From positions 1 through 64,000 of the forward strand of contig CAVSBT010000038.1 of NCBI GenBank assembly GCA_963726245.1: a DNA stretch of 64,000 bases, given 5' to 3'. Below, in pieces: positions 15,915 to 25,773 of the stretch (position 1 is its first letter; the number at the start of each line of letters is the position of its first letter). This DNA comes from an uncultured Chloroflexia bacterium. Lineage in GTDB: Bacteria > Chloroflexota > Dehalococcoidia > DSTF01 > JALHUB01. The notes beneath the pieces were generated by a model. It was not told the DNA's origin and ran no database searches. It saw only the letters and a program-made list of their open reading frames with translations. Position numbers and translations under genes: made by a program.

Positions 15915-15992
15915 TGGTCGGGGTGGGCAGATTCGAACTGCCGACCTCACGGTCCCGAACCGTGCGCTCTAACCAGGCTGAGCTACACCCCG
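15915..15992 (-). tRNA. tRNA-Pro (anticodon CGG)
   Basis: Minus strand CGGGGTGTAGCTCAGCCTGGTTAGAGCGCACGGTTCGGGACCGTGAGGTCGGCAGTTCGAATCTGCCCACCCCGACCA; cloverleaf, TTCGAA T-loop, encoded CCA. Confidence 0.96.
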
Positions 15993-16136
15993 TTCGTAGC
16001 TGGTTTGCAGGTGCCGCTTGAGGCGGGCTGATCATAGCAAATGGCACCTCCGCTGTCGAGGCGACAGCGTTCGACCGGCCCCCGCGGCGGGCGCCGCATG
16101 GGGCCTCGGCGTCAAGACAGGCGGCGCGGCAGCGCG

Positions 16137-17399
16137 ATGAATATTCTGATGGTCTGTGCCCTGGACCTCTGGTCGCTCTCGGAGGGTCGGGGCGCCCCCA
16201 CTCTCTACCGCACGCTGGAGGCCTACGGCGGGCGGGGCCATCGCGTCTTCTGCGTAGGGCCCACGATTGGCGCCAACCACTCCTACGAGCCACTGGCGAA
16301 GGCCGTCCCGATCGAACTCCCGGCCATCGCCAATGTGAGCTTCTCTCGCTTCCACATGCCCAGCCTGAGTGAAAGAGGATGGCCCCTGCCCGGTCTCGTG
16401 GACAAGACCGACCAGAAGCTGCGCTTCGCCCTCCTCTTCCCCTGGCTGGCCGCTCGACAGGCCGAGGGCATTCTCCGCAGCCAGCGGATCGACGTGCTCT
16501 ACGGCTACGAGGTGCACGGCGTCCTCGCCACTCGCCGGCTGCGGCGGCGCTGGAAGCTGCCGACTGTCTCCCGATTCCAGGGCACCGTCATGCACCCGGC
16601 GCTCTCCAGTCGCCTCGCCTACCTCCGCAAGTACGAGGAGGTCCGAGCCCTGCGCGCCCCGGCCGACCTCTATATCATGACGGACGACGGCACTCGCGGT
16701 GACGAGGTGCTCGCCCGCTGGAACCCCGGCTCGGAGGGCCGGATGCGCTTCTGGCGCAACGGCCTTGACTTGGAGCGGCTGGTTCCCGTATCCGCCGAGA
16801 AGGCACAGGAGGAGCGACAGGCCCTGGGCATTCCGGAGGATGCCCTGGTGCTGGTGATGGCCACCCGCCTGGCGCTGTGGAAGCGGGTCGACCGCGCCAT
16901 CTCCGCCATGCCCCTGGTGCGCGCGGTGCTGCCCCAGGCGCTGCTGCTGGTACTGGGCGACGGCGAGGAGCGGGCCGCGCTGGAGGCTTTGAGCCACCGC
17001 CTCTCGCTGGGCGACGCGGTGCGCTTCCTGGGGGCCGTGCCTCAGAGCGAGGTGGCGCGCTACATGTGGGCCGCCGACCTCTTCTTGAGCCTGAACGACC
17101 TATCGAACGTTGGCAACCCGCTCCTGGAGGCTATGGCCTGCGGCAAGGCCATCATTACCGTGGATACCGGCGATACCCGCGACCTCATCCGGGACGGCGA
17201 GACGGGCCGCCTCCTCTCGTCGGGCGACGACGAGGCGGTGGCGGCGGCTGTGGTAGACCTCGCCCGCGATCCGTCGCTGCGACGGCGACTGGAGGAGGGG
17301 GCGCGGCAGTACGCGCAGGAGAACTTCTGGACCTGGGAGGAGCGCATGGCCGCCGAGATGACGGAGGTGGAGCGGCTGGCGGCCGCCGTCGAGCGGTGA
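16137..17399 (+). CDS. Glycosyltransferase family 4
   Basis: RLALWKRVD, LGDGEE, NPLLEAMACGK, DGETGRL; start MNILMV. Confidence 0.9.
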   Translation: MNILMVCALDLWSLSEGRGAPTLYRTLEAYGGRGHRVFCVGPTIGANHSYEPLAKAVPIELPAIANVSFSRFHMPSLSERGWPLPGLVDKTDQKLRFALLFPWLAARQAEGILRSQRIDVLYGYEVHGVLATRRLRRRWKLPTVSRFQGTVMHPALSSRLAYLRKYEEVRALRAPADLYIMTDDGTRGDEVLARWNPGSEGRMRFWRNGLDLERLVPVSAEKAQEERQALGIPEDALVLVMATRLALWKRVDRAISAMPLVRAVLPQALLLVLGDGEERAALEALSHRLSLGDAVRFLGAVPQSEVARYMWAADLFLSLNDLSNVGNPLLEAMACGKAIITVDTGDTRDLIRDGETGRLLSSGDDEAVAAAVVDLARDPSLRRRLEEGARQYAQENFWTWEERMAAEMTEVERLAAAVER

Positions 17400-18739
17400 G
17401 CTTCGTCTTCAACGTCAACCTGGTCTTCCTCACCTACGTCGCCAGCTATCTGCTCGCCTTTGTGATGCGGGTGCTGGTGACGCGCGCCGTCGGCGCCGAC
17501 GGCCTGGGCTCCTATACCGTCTTCCTGCTGACGGTGTCCATCACGGCGGCCATTCTCGGCCTGGGCCTCAACGTATCGAGCATCTATCACATCGGGAAGC
17601 GGACCTTCGGCCTGCGCGACATCGTCTCCAACAGCCAGTTGATCGTGCTGGTCTCGCTGCTGGTGAGCGCTGCCCTGGTGGGGCTCACCGCCCTCACCTT
17701 CGGCGACCGGTTGGACAGACAAGGCGTGCCCTACTGGCTCTTCGTCTTCGCCGTGCCTCTCTTCGTCAACTTCAACATCCTCACCGCTATCCTCCAGGGC
17801 GCCAACCGGTTCCTCGCTATGAACATGCTGGTGCTCTTGCGACCCCTGGTCGTGGTCTGTCTCCTGGTGGCCGGCATGGCCGCGGGCGGCCTCGACCTGA
17901 GGGGCGTACTGGTCTTCTGGACGATCTCCAGCTTCATCACCATGGCTGTTGGTCTGGCCTTGGTGGGCCTGCGGCACCTGCACCTGCCGACGGTCCTGCG
18001 GCCCCGCTGGCCGGTTCTCAAGGAGCAGGTGCGCTTTGGCATGCAGGGGCAGGCTGGCAACCTGCTCCAGTTGCTGAACTACCGGCTCGACTCGTTCCTG
18101 GTGCTGGCGTTCGTCAATAGAGCCGGTGTCGGCCTCTACGCCGTGGGGGTGGCTGTCACCGAGAGCGTCTGGTTCGTGGCCAACGCCGTGGCTGTGGTGC
18201 TCCTGCCGCGCCTGACCCACGCCGCGGCCGAGGACGCCGCGCGCCTCACGCCGGTGGTCTGCCGGAATACGCTGCTGGTGAGCCTGGCGGCGGCGACGGG
18301 CGTGGGGGTCCTCTCGCCGGTGCTGATAAAGCCCATCTTCGGCGCCGAGTTCGGGCCGTCGGTGACGGCCGTCTACTGGCTCCTGCCGGGCACCGTCGCC
18401 CTCGCCGGCACGAAGATCCTGGCCAGCTACATCTTCAGCCAGGGGAAGCCGCTCATCAACAGCTACATCACCATCGCCATCCTGGCTGTGACGGTTCTCT
18501 TCGACCTCGCCCTGATCCCGCCTTTCGGCGTGGCAGGGGCGGCAGCCGCCTCCTCCATCGCCTACAGCCTGTCGCTGGTACTGAGCCTGGCCGTCTACAG
18601 CCGCATGTCGGGACGGGGCGCCTGGGAGGCCGTCCTGGTGCGCGGCAGCGACCTCCGGATGTACCTGGAAGCCGCCCGCAGCCTGCGGGCCCGCCACGCC
18701 CTCTCCGATGGCGGCCCGGGGCCATCGTCTGGGGTCTGA
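17396..18739 (+). CDS. Oligosaccharide flippase (Wzx/MOP family)
   Basis: About 12 TM helices, LNYRLDSFLV, VGLYAVGV, LIPPFGVAGAAAASS; GTG overlaps the upstream stop. Confidence 0.88.
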   Translation: MSFVFNVNLVFLTYVASYLLAFVMRVLVTRAVGADGLGSYTVFLLTVSITAAILGLGLNVSSIYHIGKRTFGLRDIVSNSQLIVLVSLLVSAALVGLTALTFGDRLDRQGVPYWLFVFAVPLFVNFNILTAILQGANRFLAMNMLVLLRPLVVVCLLVAGMAAGGLDLRGVLVFWTISSFITMAVGLALVGLRHLHLPTVLRPRWPVLKEQVRFGMQGQAGNLLQLLNYRLDSFLVLAFVNRAGVGLYAVGVAVTESVWFVANAVAVVLLPRLTHAAAEDAARLTPVVCRNTLLVSLAAATGVGVLSPVLIKPIFGAEFGPSVTAVYWLLPGTVALAGTKILASYIFSQGKPLINSYITIAILAVTVLFDLALIPPFGVAGAAAASSIAYSLSLVLSLAVYSRMSGRGAWEAVLVRGSDLRMYLEAARSLRARHALSDGGPGPSSGV

Positions 18740-18740
18740 A

Positions 18741-19938
18741 GTGACGATATCCTCTCCTCTCCGCATCTGCGTGGTCGCCGACCTGGACAGCGTGCACACG
18801 CATCGCTGGGTCCGCTGGTTCGTGGAGCGAGGCCACGACGTCCACGCCGTCTCCTACTATCAGCCGCGACGGCCGCCGCCGGGGGTGACGATCCACACCC
18901 TGGTGGGCGGCGGCGCTTCGACCAGCCACCTCGGGCGGCTCCGGCCGGACAGCGGCGCGCCGCCTGGTCGAGGCGGCCTCGCCCTCGCTCTGGCGGCTGG
19001 TCAACGGGCTCCGTTACCGGCGCCGGGGCCTGGGCGCGGCCATCGAGAGCCTGGAGCCGGACGTGGTGCATGCCCATTACGTCGTGGAGTACGGTTTCTA
19101 TGCCGCGTTGACCGGTCGCCGGCCCCTGGTGGTGACAGCCTGGGGCTCCGACGTGCTGGTGGCGCCGCGTCGCTCACCGTTGACGCGGGCCATCGCCCGC
19201 TACGCACTGCGAAGGGCGGACCTGGTGACCTCGAGCAACGAGTACATCTCCCAGCGGCTGGTCGAGCTGGGTGCGCCGCCCGATCGGGTGGCCCTGGTCG
19301 TCCTGGGGGTCGACACGTTCTTTCTCGAAGCGCCGGAGGCCTCCGTCAACCTCCGGCCCGACGGCGAAACGCCGCCCACGGTGATCAGCGTTCGTTCCCT
19401 GGACTCACCCCTGTACAACGTGGACGTCATCCTGCGGGCGATGGCCCTGGTACGCAAACGCATGCCCGACGCCCGGCTGCTGGTGGCGGGCGAAGGCCGC
19501 TTGCGGGCCGGGCTGGAACGCCTCGCCCTTCGCCTGGGGCTCGCGGGAGGGGTGACCTTCCTTGGCCACCTGGATCGCGAGGCCCTGCGCGACGCCCTCG
19601 CCTCGTCCCACGTCTACGTCTCGGTGCCGCGCTCCGACGGCACGTCGGTGAGTACTCTCGAGGCCATGGCGGTGGGCTGCTTCCCCATCCTCTCCGACCT
19701 GCCAAGCCAGGAGGAGCTGGTGCAGGACGGCGAGAACGGATTTCGCGTCGCGGTGGGGGATGCCGGCGCCCTGGCGGAGCGCATCGTGGACGCCCTGTCG
19801 CAGCCGGACTTGCGCCAGCGGGCGCTGGAGCTGAATCGGGACCTGGTGAGGCGAAGGGGTCTGCTGGAGGAGAACATGGCCCGCATGGAGGAGCTGTACC
19901 GGGGTCTGGCCGGCCGTCCTGGGGCCTCTTCCGGTTGA
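18741..19938 (+). CDS. Glycosyltransferase family 4 (frameshift near 18940-19000)
   Basis: SVHTHRWVRWFVERGHDVH, VTAWGSDVL, SDGTSVSTLEAMAVG. Confidence 0.87.
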
Positions 19939-19991
19939 CGGCCGCCGCCAGGCTAGATATGATGCCCGCTGGCGGGGGTCAGGGGAGGCGG

Positions 19992-21575
19992 ATGTTGTTA
20001 GGTAGCGTGCGTAGCTTCTCTCGGGGACTGCGTCGCCCGTGGAGGGTGTATCTCGGGGTCGCAGTCCTTTTCTTCGCTATGGTGAGCGGAACAGGCGGCG
20101 CCCGTCGCGTCGAGGCTGCCTATACCTTCGGCGTCGAAAACTCCTGGATCCGCGTGCAGAACATCGGCCAAGCGTACGCCAGCGTCGAGGTGGACTACTA
20201 CGACGAGAGCGGCGCCTTCGCCGGCCGCGATGTTTGCCCCACGCCCGGCATCTGCCCATCGCTGGCGCCGGGGAGCGGCTGGACGTTCTTTACCCGCGAC
20301 AACCCCTCGTTGCCGATCGGCTTCAAAGGCTCCGCCGTCATCACCACCGACCAGCCTATCGCCGCCATCCTGGCGAAGGAGGTCTTTCGAGGCGATAAGT
20401 TCCTCATCGCGGGCGACTCGGTGACGGTGGGAGCGGGCTCACACCGCCTCTACTTGCCGCTGGTGAGCAATCAGGACGGCGCCTTAGGCGACTGGAACGG
20501 CCGCTTCGTCATCCAGAACCTCAGCGACACGACGACAGCCTGCGTCACCATCACCTACCTGAGCAACTACACGGATTCGGAGGTCTTCTGGGACCCCTAT
20601 CGGCCCACCGATTCCACGGTGACGCGCCAGCCGGGCTGCCCTCAGGGAGGGATGCCGTTGCCGCCGCGGGGCAGCATCTTCCGCGACCCCGACAACATGG
20701 GCGTCGGTCCCGGCTTCACCGGCTCCGTCCGCATCGACCTCAATGCCAACGGCCAGGGGGTGCCCGCGAGCCGCCAGTTCGTCACCGCCAGCGCTGAGAC
20801 CTGGAACAAGCTCTTCAACCCCTTCTCTTCCTACCGGGGCCTGGACGAGAGCGAGCTGGACGCGACCATCCTCCTGCCCTTGGTAGATCGAGAGGTGGGG
20901 CCGGAGAACCAGTGGAGCACCTACTTCCAGATCGAGAACAAGGACCCATCGCGGCCGGCGGACCTGACGCTGCGCTTCGAAGGCTGGGACCTGAGCAAGC
21001 CTGTCCCTGAGTTGGTGGTCAAGCAGAACACGTTGCACATCGTCGGCGCCCGCATGTGCTTCCAGAACCGCGACGATTTCGCCAACTGCCTGGCGCCGGG
21101 CGACCGCCTGCCGACCAACTTCGTAGGCACGGCGCGCCTCACCTCCTCGCAGCCCATCGGCGTCATCGTCAACCGTAGCTCCAAGCTCATCGACGTCTTT
21201 ACCAGCTATCGGGGCGTGCGACCCGCCGACTCCGCTCAGAAGGTGCTGCTGCCCGTCCTCAACAAGAACTATGGGCCCTACAACGGCCACAACGGTTGGA
21301 ACTCCTGGTTCCGGGTGCTGGTGGCTGACGGCGGCCAGGCCAACGTGACGGTGCACTACTACGGGATGGACCTGCCAGGCGGCAGCATCTCCTACACGAA
21401 GACCGCTTTCCGCGAGTTTACCGTCTTCCAGGATCAGGAGGGGTTTCTGCCCGACGGCTTCGCGGGTTCAGCCATCCTGGAGTCCGACCGGCCTATCGTC
21501 GCCCTGGCCAACCTCACGACCGACGTCTTCGAGGGCGATACCGACCTTCTCTACAACGGTATCCCGCTGCCCTGA
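19992..21575 (+). CDS. Secreted/surface protein with four ~125 aa beta-rich repeats
   Basis: Signal-like N-terminus ending VEA; repeats starting WIRVQN, FVIQN, FQIEN, WFRVL with recurring GFxGSA and LPL motifs. Confidence 0.75.
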   Translation: MLLGSVRSFSRGLRRPWRVYLGVAVLFFAMVSGTGGARRVEAAYTFGVENSWIRVQNIGQAYASVEVDYYDESGAFAGRDVCPTPGICPSLAPGSGWTFFTRDNPSLPIGFKGSAVITTDQPIAAILAKEVFRGDKFLIAGDSVTVGAGSHRLYLPLVSNQDGALGDWNGRFVIQNLSDTTTACVTITYLSNYTDSEVFWDPYRPTDSTVTRQPGCPQGGMPLPPRGSIFRDPDNMGVGPGFTGSVRIDLNANGQGVPASRQFVTASAETWNKLFNPFSSYRGLDESELDATILLPLVDREVGPENQWSTYFQIENKDPSRPADLTLRFEGWDLSKPVPELVVKQNTLHIVGARMCFQNRDDFANCLAPGDRLPTNFVGTARLTSSQPIGVIVNRSSKLIDVFTSYRGVRPADSAQKVLLPVLNKNYGPYNGHNGWNSWFRVLVADGGQANVTVHYYGMDLPGGSISYTKTAFREFTVFQDQEGFLPDGFAGSAILESDRPIVALANLTTDVFEGDTDLLYNGIPLP

Positions 21576-21593
21576 CGCCAGGCCGCTGGCGGG

Positions 21594-21613
21594 CCTGCCT
21601 GCCGGCAGGCAGG
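21594..21613. repeat. Perfect 20 bp palindrome CCTGCCTGCCGGCAGGCAGG
   Basis: Read directly in the intergenic gap. Confidence 0.75.
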
Positions 21614-21622
21614 GAGAAGAGG

Positions 21623-22712
21623 TTGCGCCTCTGTTATCTGGCCGACGCGCCCTACATACACACCCGTCGCTGGGTACGCCACTTCGTCGACCGGGGTTGG
21701 GAGGTGCACGTCATCTCCTTCCGCCCGGCCGAGATCGAAGGGGCCACCGTCCACTACGTGTCAGGCCTCGAATGGCTGGGCAAGCTTCGCTACCTGCTGC
21801 GCATCCCGCGCGTGCGGCGACTGGTCCGCGACCTGCGGCCTGACCTTCTGCATGCCCTCCACCTGACCAGCTACGGCTTCCTCGCGGTCCTCTGCGACGT
21901 GCACCCTACCCTGGTCTCGGTCTGGGGCACCGACGTGCTGGAGGCGCCTCGCCTCAGCCCTTTCCACAACTTCATCACCCGCCACGCCCTGCGTCGGGCC
22001 GACCACATCACGGCCACCGGCCTCCGGCTGGCCGAGGCTACTGCTCGCTATGCGCCCGCCGGCAAGACGGTGACGGTCGTGCCCTACGGCGTGGACCTGC
22101 GGGACTTCCAGCCCCAGCCGAGAAAGGAACGCCCCGAGTTGGTCGTGGGAGCGGTGACCCGCCTCTCGAAGGAGAAGGGGCTCCACTACCTGCTGGAGGC
22201 CTTCGCGATGGTGGCCGGGCGGCACCTCGAGGCCCGCCTGGTGCTGGCCGGAGAGGGCCCCGAGCGCCGGCGCCTGGAGCGGCTGGCGGCGCGACTGGGC
22301 CTGGGAGAGCGAGTGCGGTTCCTGGGCGAAGTGCCTCACGAACAGGTGCCGCGAGGTCCTCCAGCAGATCGACGTCTTCGCCATGCCGTCCACCTACGAG
22401 GGCTTTGGCGTGGCCGCCCTGGAGGCGGAGGCTATGGAGGTGCCGGTGGTCGCCTCCCGCATCCACGGCATCCCGGACGTGGTGCTGGACGGCGAGACGG
22501 GCCTGCTGGTGCCTCCTCGCGACCGGCAGGCGCTGGCAGCGGCCCTGGACCGCCTGGCCAGCGACGGCGGGCTTCGGCGGCGACTGGGGCACGCCGGACG
22601 CGCCTTCGTCGCCGAGCACTACTCCTGGGAGGACAACGTCGCCCAGATGGAGGCGCTGTACGAGGAGGCGATGAGGGAGCTGTCAACGGATGGCGAACGG
22701 ATTAACGGATGA
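21623..22712 (+). CDS. Glycosyltransferase family 4 (frameshift near 22350)
   Basis: HTRRWVRHF, VSVWGTDVL, RLSKEKG, then PSTYEGFGVAALEAEAM in ORF 22383..22712. Confidence 0.88.
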
Positions 22713-22752
22713 GGTTTCGATAGCCATCCGGTAATCCGTTCCGTATCCGTTG
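22686..22752. repeat. Inverted AACGGAT/ATCCGTT repeat
   Basis: aacggat three times, then atccggt, atccgtt, atccgtt. Confidence 0.65.
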
Positions 22753-22845
22753 ACAGGCCGTCTCCACCGGTGCCATCCCCGTCGGTTGCCACAAGCCAAG
22801 CCCCATGCTAACTTTTTAATCGCCAAACAAGGCGGGGGATTCAGA

Positions 22846-23944
22846 GTGACCAAGCGACATCCCAACGGGCGGGCGCCGCTGCCCTTCGTATCCGTCATCG
22901 TGCCCATGCGCAACGAGGAGCGGTTCGTCGGAGGGCTGCCTGCGCAGCCTCGCCGCCCAGGACTACCCCAGGGACCGCTTCGAGGTGCTGGTGGTGGACG
23001 GCGGGTCGACGGACGGCTCTTGTCGGGTGGCGGAGGACGTGGCGCGCGAGACGGGCCTTCCCCTGCGGCTCCTCACCAACGCAAGGCGGAGCACGCCCTG
23101 CGGCCTCAACCTGGGCATCGCCCAGGCCCGGGGCGAGGTCATCACCCGCGTCGACGCCCATGCCCAGGTCGATCCCCGCTTCCTGTCTGAGAGCGTCTCC
23201 GCTCTCCTGGAGAGCGGCGTCGACGCCGTGGGCGGGCCGATCCGCAGCGCCGGCGACGGGCTACTCGGCGGCGCCATCGCCCTCGCCATGTCGTCGCCCT
23301 TCGGCGTGGGGAACGCCGCCTTCCGCTACAGCCAGGAGGAGCAGTACACGGACACGGTGGCCTTTCCGACCTACCGCCGCGGCGTCTTCGAGCGCCTCGG
23401 CCTCTTCGCCGAGGACCTGGAGTGGGGCGAGGACGACGAGTTTCACTACCGCGTTGGCGATGCCGGCGGCCGTCTCCTGCTGACGCCGCGCGTTGGCTCC
23501 ACCTACTTCACGCGCTCGTCGCTGGGGGCGCTGGCGCGCCAGTACTTCCGCTACGGACGCGTCAAGGTGGAGGTGCTGCGCCGCCACCCTCGCCGGACGC
23601 GGCTGCGGCAGTTGGCGCCGGGCGCCTTCGTGCTGGGGCTGGCGGGCACGGGCGTCCTGGCGACATTGCGCGGGCTCTTCGTGCTGCCTCTGGCGGCGCT
23701 GGCGGGCGCCTATGGCCTGGCGTCGCTGGCCGCGTCGCTGCGGGCGACGGGCCGCGGCAACCGGCGTTACCTGCCGGTCCTGCCGGCCGCCTTCGCCTGC
23801 CTGCACCTCAGCTATGGTCTGGGCTTCCTGGTCGGTGTGGCGCGGATGGGCGCCAAATTAAACCTTAGAACCATTGAACCTTTGAACCCGAAGAGTGGGG
23901 CGGTGGTTCCAAGGTTCCCAGGTTCCAAAGTTCCGGAGAGCTAA
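22846..23944 (+). CDS. Glycosyltransferase family 2, ExoA-like (frameshift near 22930)
   Basis: VSVIVPMRNEE, VVDGGSTD, RVDAH, GEDDEF, QYFRYG, HLSYGLGF. Confidence 0.88.
23860..23936. repeat. Inverted octamer repeat (GAACC/GGTTC) within the 3' end of the GT2 gene
   Basis: aaccttag aaccattg aacctttg aaccc ... ggttccaa ggttccca ggttccaa agttcc. Confidence 0.65.
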
Positions 23945-23945
23945 G

Positions 23946-25107
23946 ATGGACGAGACCTTCCTTCCCTATTGCCGGCCCGACCTGGGTCCCGACGAAATCG
24001 ACGAGGTGGTGGAGACGCTGCGCTCCGGCTGGCTGGCCACCGGGCCGCGCTGCAAGCAGTTCGAGGAGCGCTTCCGGGAGTACGTGGGCGCCGGCCACGC
24101 CGTCGCCGTTTCCTCCTGCACGGCGGGGATGCACCTGGCCCTGGCCGCCGCCGGCATCGGCCCCGGCGACGAGGTCATCACGACGCCCCTCACCTTCTGC
24201 GCCACCGTCAATGTGATCGTTCACCGGGGTGCCACCCCCGTCCTGGCCGACGTCTGCCTCGACGACTACAACCTCGACCCGGAGGACGTCGAGCGCCGAA
24301 TCACGCCCAAGACGCGGGCGATCATGCCGGTGCACTATGCCGGCCAGCCCTGCCGCATGGACGAGCTGCTGGACATCGCCCGTCGCCACAAGCTGCTGGT
24401 CATCGAGGACGCCGCCCACGCTGTGAGCGCCCGCTACCGCGACCGTCCTGTCGGCTCGCTGGGGGACGCAACCGTATTCAGCTTCTACGTGACGAAGAAC
24501 ATGACCACCGGCCAGGGCGGCATGGTGACTACCGAGAATGCGGATCTGGCGGCTCAGGTCCGCCAGCTCAGCCTGCACGGCATGAGCCACGACGCCTGGC
24601 GCCGCTACGAGGCGCGGGGCTCCTGGTACTACGAGGTAACCGCTCCCGGCTTCAACTTCGCGATGACGGACGTCCAGGCCGCCCTGGGGCTGACGCAGCT
24701 CTCGCGCCTGGAGGGCTTCCAGGAGCTGCGGGCCACGCTACGCCGCCGAGTACCAGCGGCTTCTGGGCGACCTCGAGGAGCTCATCCTGCCGTCGGCGCG
24801 TCCGGAGGTGCGGCACGTGTGGCATCTCTACCCGGTGCGCCTGCGCAGCGAGCGGCTCACCATCGGGAGGGACGAGTTCATCGACGCTCTGCGGGACCGG
24901 GGCATCGGCACCTCGGTGCACTTCATCCCCATCCACTATCACCCTTACTACCGGGAGGGCTTCGGCTTCCAAAAGGGCGACTTCCCCCGTTGCGAGCAGA
25001 TCTTCGAAGGGCTGCTCTCCTTGCCGCTCTACCCCTTGATGTCCATGGACGACGTGGCCCGAGTGGCCGGCGCCGTGCGGGAGATCGTCGGCGCGCACCG
25101 GCGATGA
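23946..25107 (+). CDS. DegT/DnrJ/EryC1/StrS sugar aminotransferase (frameshift near 24735)
   Basis: SGWLATGP, SCTAGMHLAL, IEDAAHA, FSFYVTKNMTTGQGG, HVWHLY, LSLPLYP. Confidence 0.92.
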
Positions 25108-25709
25108 GCGATCGACTGAAGACCCGCCTCTTCGACAGCACGGTGGCCGTGTTGATGCTGTCGGTCTTGAGCCCGCTGCTGTTCCTTATCTCCGTCCTCA
25201 TCAAGCTCAGTTCGCCGGGGCCGGTCCTTTTCCGTCAGAAGCGAATCGGCTTCGCGGAGAAGCCCTTTCTCATGTACAAGTTCCGGACCATGAGGGCTGG
25301 ATCGGAGAATCAGAAGGGACACCCTCAGCGAGTGAAAGACATCGCCTCCCTCGTGTTCAGCCCGCCGCAGCGCGACCTCCGGGTGACGCCCATCGGGCGG
25401 GTGCTGCGCAACACCAGCCTGGACGAGTGGCCTAACCTGCTGAACGTAATCAGGGGTGACATGCGGCTGGTCGGCCCCCGCCCCGACGAGCCGTACCTGG
25501 TCGAGCAGTACCTCCCCCTCTATCACCTCCGCCACTGGGTGAAGCCGGGCATGACCGGGCTGGCCCAGGTGAACGGCCGCTCCAATTTGACGTACCATCA
25601 GATGATGACTTACGATCTCGACTACGCAATGCATCACTCTCGGCGCCGGGACCTGTCCATCCTGGGCCGAACCCTAGCCGTGGTACTGAAGAAGGAAGGA
25701 GCGCGCTAG
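25104..25709 (+). CDS. Priming sugar (phosphoglycosyl) transferase
   Basis: GPVLFRQKRIG, YKFRTM, TSLDEWPNLLNVIRGDMRLVGPRP, KPGMTGLAQV. Confidence 0.92.
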   Translation: MSDRLKTRLFDSTVAVLMLSVLSPLLFLISVLIKLSSPGPVLFRQKRIGFAEKPFLMYKFRTMRAGSENQKGHPQRVKDIASLVFSPPQRDLRVTPIGRVLRNTSLDEWPNLLNVIRGDMRLVGPRPDEPYLVEQYLPLYHLRHWVKPGMTGLAQVNGRSNLTYHQMMTYDLDYAMHHSRRRDLSILGRTLAVVLKKEGAR

Positions 25710-25773
25710 CGGCCGGAGGAGTGGCCGCCGGCCCCTCATGGGCGGCGGGTGCGCCCTCGACCGTGGTTTGTCC

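Noticed and set aside
18708-21575. Apparent 955 aa GT-surface protein fusion; likewise the 23895..25709 and 30732..32663 fusions
   Set aside because: The middle parts are out-of-frame read-through caused by indels; each downstream gene has its own start
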